A DNA stretch of 32,000 nucleotides from Demequinaceae bacterium (GTDB lineage Bacteria > Actinomycetota > Actinomycetes > Actinomycetales > Demequinaceae): the NCBI GenBank assembly GCA_965250005.1, contig OZ252279.1, positions 1,590,001 to 1,622,000 on the forward strand, in the 5' to 3' direction. Positions 28,834 through 32,000 of this stretch are shown piece by piece. Every line of letters starts with the position of its first letter. Position 1 is the stretch's first letter. Below the pieces are notes generated by a model, which did no database searches, was not told the DNA's origin, and worked only from the letters and a program-made list of their open reading frames with translations. Position numbers and translations under genes: made by a program.

Positions 28834-29487
28834 CTACGGCGTCCGGTGCAGCGGCGTGGTGCCGTGCGGGTGGCCCCGCAAGACGGCGACCGTCACCGCG
28901 ATGATGAGGAAGAGCGCAACGCCGCTGGGGATGTGAGCAAATGCCGCCGTCCCCGCGAACACGCCGCCGAACCCCAGGAGGGCGAGTGAGCTAGCCGCTC
29001 GGCCGCTCAGGTTGAAGTCGCGCCACCACGACACGGCATGCACGACGATCGAAAGGAGGAGGACCGCAAACCCGAAGAGTTCGACGCCGTAGCCCATGTT
29101 CGCGCCAGCGCTTCCGTCCGCGAGTGCATATTCGCCTAGGCCACCAAGCGCGACGCCCGCGAATCCGCTTGTTGTGGTCCACCACGCTGCGTGCGTCCAG
29201 CGCCCGCCTGGGGACATCTTCCGCACGAGCGCGGCAAGCAGCAGGGCGAGGATTATAAGAGCGGCGCTCCATGCGACTCCATGTGCCGCGTACGCGTCCT
29301 CGGGAGTCGAGCCAGAGAACGGCGTGGGCCAGTCGGTGGCGGCGAGCCACTGGGGCGCAATTTCTCCGTTGTCCGAGCCGTACGACGAGAAGAAGGAGGC
29401 TGCAAACGGGGCGGTGATCGCGACGCACACCGCCGCACTGCCCGCGATACCGATGCGGGCTGCCTTCACCCAAAGAGGGATCACCAT
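28834..29487 (-). CDS. Hypothetical multi-pass membrane protein
   Basis: About five or six hydrophobic segments: AAVCVAITAPFAASFF, AALIILALLLAALV, GVELFGFAVLLLSIVVHAV, ASSLALLGFGGVFAGTAAFA, GVALFLIIAVTVAVL. Confidence 0.7.
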   Translation of the reverse strand: MVIPLWVKAARIGIAGSAAVCVAITAPFAASFFSSYGSDNGEIAPQWLAATDWPTPFSGSTPEDAYAAHGVAWSAALIILALLLAALVRKMSPGGRWTHAAWWTTTSGFAGVALGGLGEYALADGSAGANMGYGVELFGFAVLLLSIVVHAVSWWRDFNLSGRAASSLALLGFGGVFAGTAAFAHIPSGVALFLIIAVTVAVLRGHPHGTTPLHRTP

Positions 29488-29646
29488 AATTGGATCGTAC
29501 CTCGCGATGGCGTTTCTCGATGGGAGAGTACGACCGACTTGTGCGCATCGTGTGGAGTGTGTCTCACTAGGCTGTTGGCTTCGGCATTTCCGCTACGGTG
29601 ACACCACGAGCCGCGCGGAATTCTGGTGCGACGCAAGGGAGATCGT

Positions 29647-30240
29647 ATGAGGGTGTATCTGACCTATTTGTTTTTCGGCGTGTTGTTCGTGGCCGTGCAG
29701 ACCTTCTGGGTCGCCGTCATCTGGAACGGTGACGTGCTGAAATTCCTGCTCGAACTAGTGATCGCCGACGTGCTCTTCGTCTCCGCCACCTACGGGATTG
29801 CGCGACTGTACGCGAGGTTCGTGTTCGCCGAAGTGCTGCTCTACCTGACAGCAGGAATCATTGGCCTCGTGCTGATCGAGTGGGTGCTGGTTGGCAGCGT
29901 GCCAGCGGCCACGGAGGCGAATCAGTTCGTGATGTTCACTACCTGGGCGGGCGCGGCCACGTTTGCGCGCATGGTGACCGACCGGTCCGCGCCAGTGGCG
30001 GGGATCCGGCGGTTCGGACGCATCTACTTCTACGTCTACGCGGGGATCGTCACCATCACCGGACTAGTGCTGCTCGCGGTGGGCTCGCCGCTGAGTTTCG
30101 ATGTGACCTACATCGGAGCGAACGTGGGTTACCCGCTCATGGTGCCGGTGTTCATCGCGTTCATGGTTGCGGGCACTCGTGCGCGCCTGCGCGAGTTGCG
30201 GCCAACTCCCGAGCCTGAGACGGTTAACGTGGGGGCCTGA
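29647..30240 (+). CDS. Hypothetical multi-pass membrane protein
   Basis: MRVYLTYLFFGVLFVAVQTFWVAVIWNG...VLLYLTAGIIGLVLIEWVLVG...IYFYVYAGIVTITGLVLLAVG. Confidence 0.72.
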   Translation: MRVYLTYLFFGVLFVAVQTFWVAVIWNGDVLKFLLELVIADVLFVSATYGIARLYARFVFAEVLLYLTAGIIGLVLIEWVLVGSVPAATEANQFVMFTTWAGAATFARMVTDRSAPVAGIRRFGRIYFYVYAGIVTITGLVLLAVGSPLSFDVTYIGANVGYPLMVPVFIAFMVAGTRARLRELRPTPEPETVNVGA

Positions 30241-30269
30241 ACAGGCGCCATGTCGCAGGCGCCGCGGCG

Positions 30270-30875
30270 CTAGTCGGGCGTGACGACGCGCCAGCGGGTG
30301 AGTCGGAACAACACGGCGCCGATCGCCGTGCCGACCAGCAACATGCTGGCCACAATTACGCCGATGCTCGCGTAGCCAGTCTCTGGCTCAAGGAACGGGT
30401 ACGGCGCCCAGCCGTCGGTCGCGCCGCGGATCAGCACCACGGTGATCCACAACACCGGATACAGAAGTACCACCCACACATGCCTGATTGGGTGCTCCTT
30501 CTTTGGCCCCTCGAGAAGCCAATCGGCAAGCAGGAGTGCGCACGCTCCGCCGTGCATGATCGCGGTAGACCAGATCACGGGGTCGCCGTCCTCGAAGCCT
30601 CCCAGCAGCAGCCAGTAGACCGCTGTCACCACCACCAAATACGTTGCGACGCTCGCGCGGGCATATTCGATCCAGACGGGTCGCGTTTGGCCAGTGCGGG
30701 GGAGCGCGATCAGCAGCACTACGATCGCGAGGATGTTGCTCTGCTGGGAGAAATACCCGTAGGTGTCGAAGAATGCGAAGTAGCCCAGAGTCACGTGCTT
30801 GTACGCGTTTCCGATGAGGGCCGCGAAGATGAGCATGGCGCTGACAATGCGCCAAGTACGTGCGATGGTGAGCAT
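30270..30875 (-). CDS. Pr6Pr family membrane protein (FAR-17a/AIG1-like)
   Basis: FAFFDTYGYFSQQSNILAIVVLLIAL...LADWLLEGPKKEHPIRHVWVVLLYPVLWITVVLIRGATDGWAPYPFLEPETGYASIGV. Confidence 0.82.
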   Translation of the reverse strand: MLTIARTWRIVSAMLIFAALIGNAYKHVTLGYFAFFDTYGYFSQQSNILAIVVLLIALPRTGQTRPVWIEYARASVATYLVVVTAVYWLLLGGFEDGDPVIWSTAIMHGGACALLLADWLLEGPKKEHPIRHVWVVLLYPVLWITVVLIRGATDGWAPYPFLEPETGYASIGVIVASMLLVGTAIGAVLFRLTRWRVVTPD

Positions 30876-30896
30876 ATAGGCGATCTTACGGGCGCG

Positions 30897-31745
30897 CTAC
30901 ATCTCCTCGTGTGTGTTCGGGTCGCCCCCAAACAGGCGGCCGTCGGCCCGCGTGAGGGCGGAGATCGCGACCACCTCCGCGTCGGACAGTTCGAAGCCGA
31001 AGACGTCGAGGTTCTCTTGCTGACGCTCGGGGGTCGCGGACTTGGGCAGCGGTACCGCACCAATCTGGACCTGCCAGCGGAGAATCACCTGCGCGGGCGT
31101 CACGCCGTGGGCGGTCGCAGGGTTGGCGATAGTGGGCTCGGCGTAGGGGGCATTGTGCTTGCCCAGCGGGCTCCATGATTGGGTGACGATGCCCAGGCGC
31201 GCATGCTCCGCGCGTAGGTCGGCCTGCGGGAAGTGCGGGTGTAATTCAACCTGATTCACGGCCGGCGTCACGCCGGTGTCCTCAATGATGTGGGCGAGGT
31301 GCTCGGCCGTGAAGTTGCTGACGCCGATGCTCCGGGCGACGCCCCGCTTCTGCAGTTCGACGAGCGCGCGCCATGCGTCGCGGTACTTTCCGGTGATGGG
31401 GTTGGGCCAGTGGATGAGAAGCATGTCGATGCGGTCCAGGCCGAGCAGCTCGAGCGAAGATTGGCCCGCCTGGAGCGCGAGCTCGTAGTCGTGATGACGG
31501 CCAGGGATTTTGGTTTGCACGGTGAGTTCGTCGCGCGCGATGCCGGAGTCCTTGAGGAAGTCCGACGCCGCGTGCCCCACCTCGGCCTCGTTCTGGTAGT
31601 TCACCGCGGAGTCGAGCAGGCGGTAGCCATTGTCTAGTGCCGCGCGCATGGCGACCAAGCCGCGATCACCCCGGAGCGGGTACGTGCCAAAGCCGATCGC
31701 GGGAATCGAGTGGCCGTCGTTGAGCGTGAACTGGGGCGTCGTCAT
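30897..31745 (-). CDS. Aldo/keto reductase (2,5-diketo-D-gluconate reductase-like)
   Basis: SIPAIGFGTYPLRGDRGLVAMRAALDNGYRLLDSAVNYQNEAEVG...LDRIDMLLIHWPNP...SIGVSNFTAEHLAHII...VNQVELHPHFPQ. Confidence 0.94.
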   Translation of the reverse strand: MTTPQFTLNDGHSIPAIGFGTYPLRGDRGLVAMRAALDNGYRLLDSAVNYQNEAEVGHAASDFLKDSGIARDELTVQTKIPGRHHDYELALQAGQSSLELLGLDRIDMLLIHWPNPITGKYRDAWRALVELQKRGVARSIGVSNFTAEHLAHIIEDTGVTPAVNQVELHPHFPQADLRAEHARLGIVTQSWSPLGKHNAPYAEPTIANPATAHGVTPAQVILRWQVQIGAVPLPKSATPERQQENLDVFGFELSDAEVVAISALTRADGRLFGGDPNTHEEM

Positions 31746-31767
31746 GCGGCTAGCCTACGGCGCGGCG

Positions 31768-32000
31768 TCAGGCGAAGCTGAATGCGGGTGGGACCACTAC
31801 AACGACGATCAAGACCCACGCCGTGTAGACCCAAACCATTCGCGTCTGCCACGTGTCGAGTGTGGCGAACGGCGTGTTGAGGTGGAGCATGACGTGGCCG
31901 ATCCACGACGTCCAGAAGAAGTTTGCGAACACGATGACTGCCATGCCCAAGACCACGATCCGGTTGGGCGTGAAGCCCCACTGGGCGATGCGGGCGAGGG
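31768..32000 (-). CDS. C-terminal fragment of a larger membrane protein (runs off right edge)
   Basis: Hand translation of the open minus frame gives LARIAQWGFTPNRIVVLGMAVIVFANFFWTSWIGHVMLHLNTPFATLDTWQTRMVWVYTAWVLIVVVVVPPAFSFA*. It stays open past the internal M reported in the ORF track. Confidence 0.65.
   Translation of the reverse strand, partial: LARIAQWGFTPNRIVVLGMAVIVFANFFWTSWIGHVMLHLNTPFATLDTWQTRMVWVYTAWVLIVVVVVPPAFSFA

Overview
High-GC actinobacterial chromosomal segment that is mostly conserved housekeeping and ordinary accessory genes. From left to right it contains: a minus-strand block of ABC permease (cut by the window edge), ABC ATPase, LuxR-type response regulator and short histidine kinase; an NlpC/P60 hydrolase; a serpin-family lipoprotein with an inhibitory-type hinge; a purine block (purL, sterol-carrier-like gene, membrane protein with a (KKPAA)11 tail, purF, purM); DUF3073 and bldC; an MGMT + DMT transporter pair; a holin-X-like membrane protein; a tRNA-Phe/Asp/Glu cluster; a zincin-like minimal metallopeptidase; an aldo/keto reductase; a uracil/xanthine permease; a beta-carbonic anhydrase; a DUF1232-like protein; a flavodoxin-fold oxidoreductase; a small lipoprotein with a hexanucleotide repeat in its leader; a GyrI-like protein; an MMPL transporter with a divergent TetR; LtrA; an SPFH protein next to a degenerate NAD-kinase-like protein; an SDR with a divergent TetR; and several small membrane proteins. 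I see no CRISPR array, transposase, integrase, prophage or recognised defence system. The best candidate for an under-described system is the SPFH + NAD-kinase-like gene pair (24890..26931). Other points of interest are the hexamer repeat just upstream of the lipoprotein RBS, the KKPAA-tailed membrane protein translationally coupled to purF, and the serpin with tandem 15-bp repeats upstream. All family calls come from recognising motifs by eye; no database search was run.
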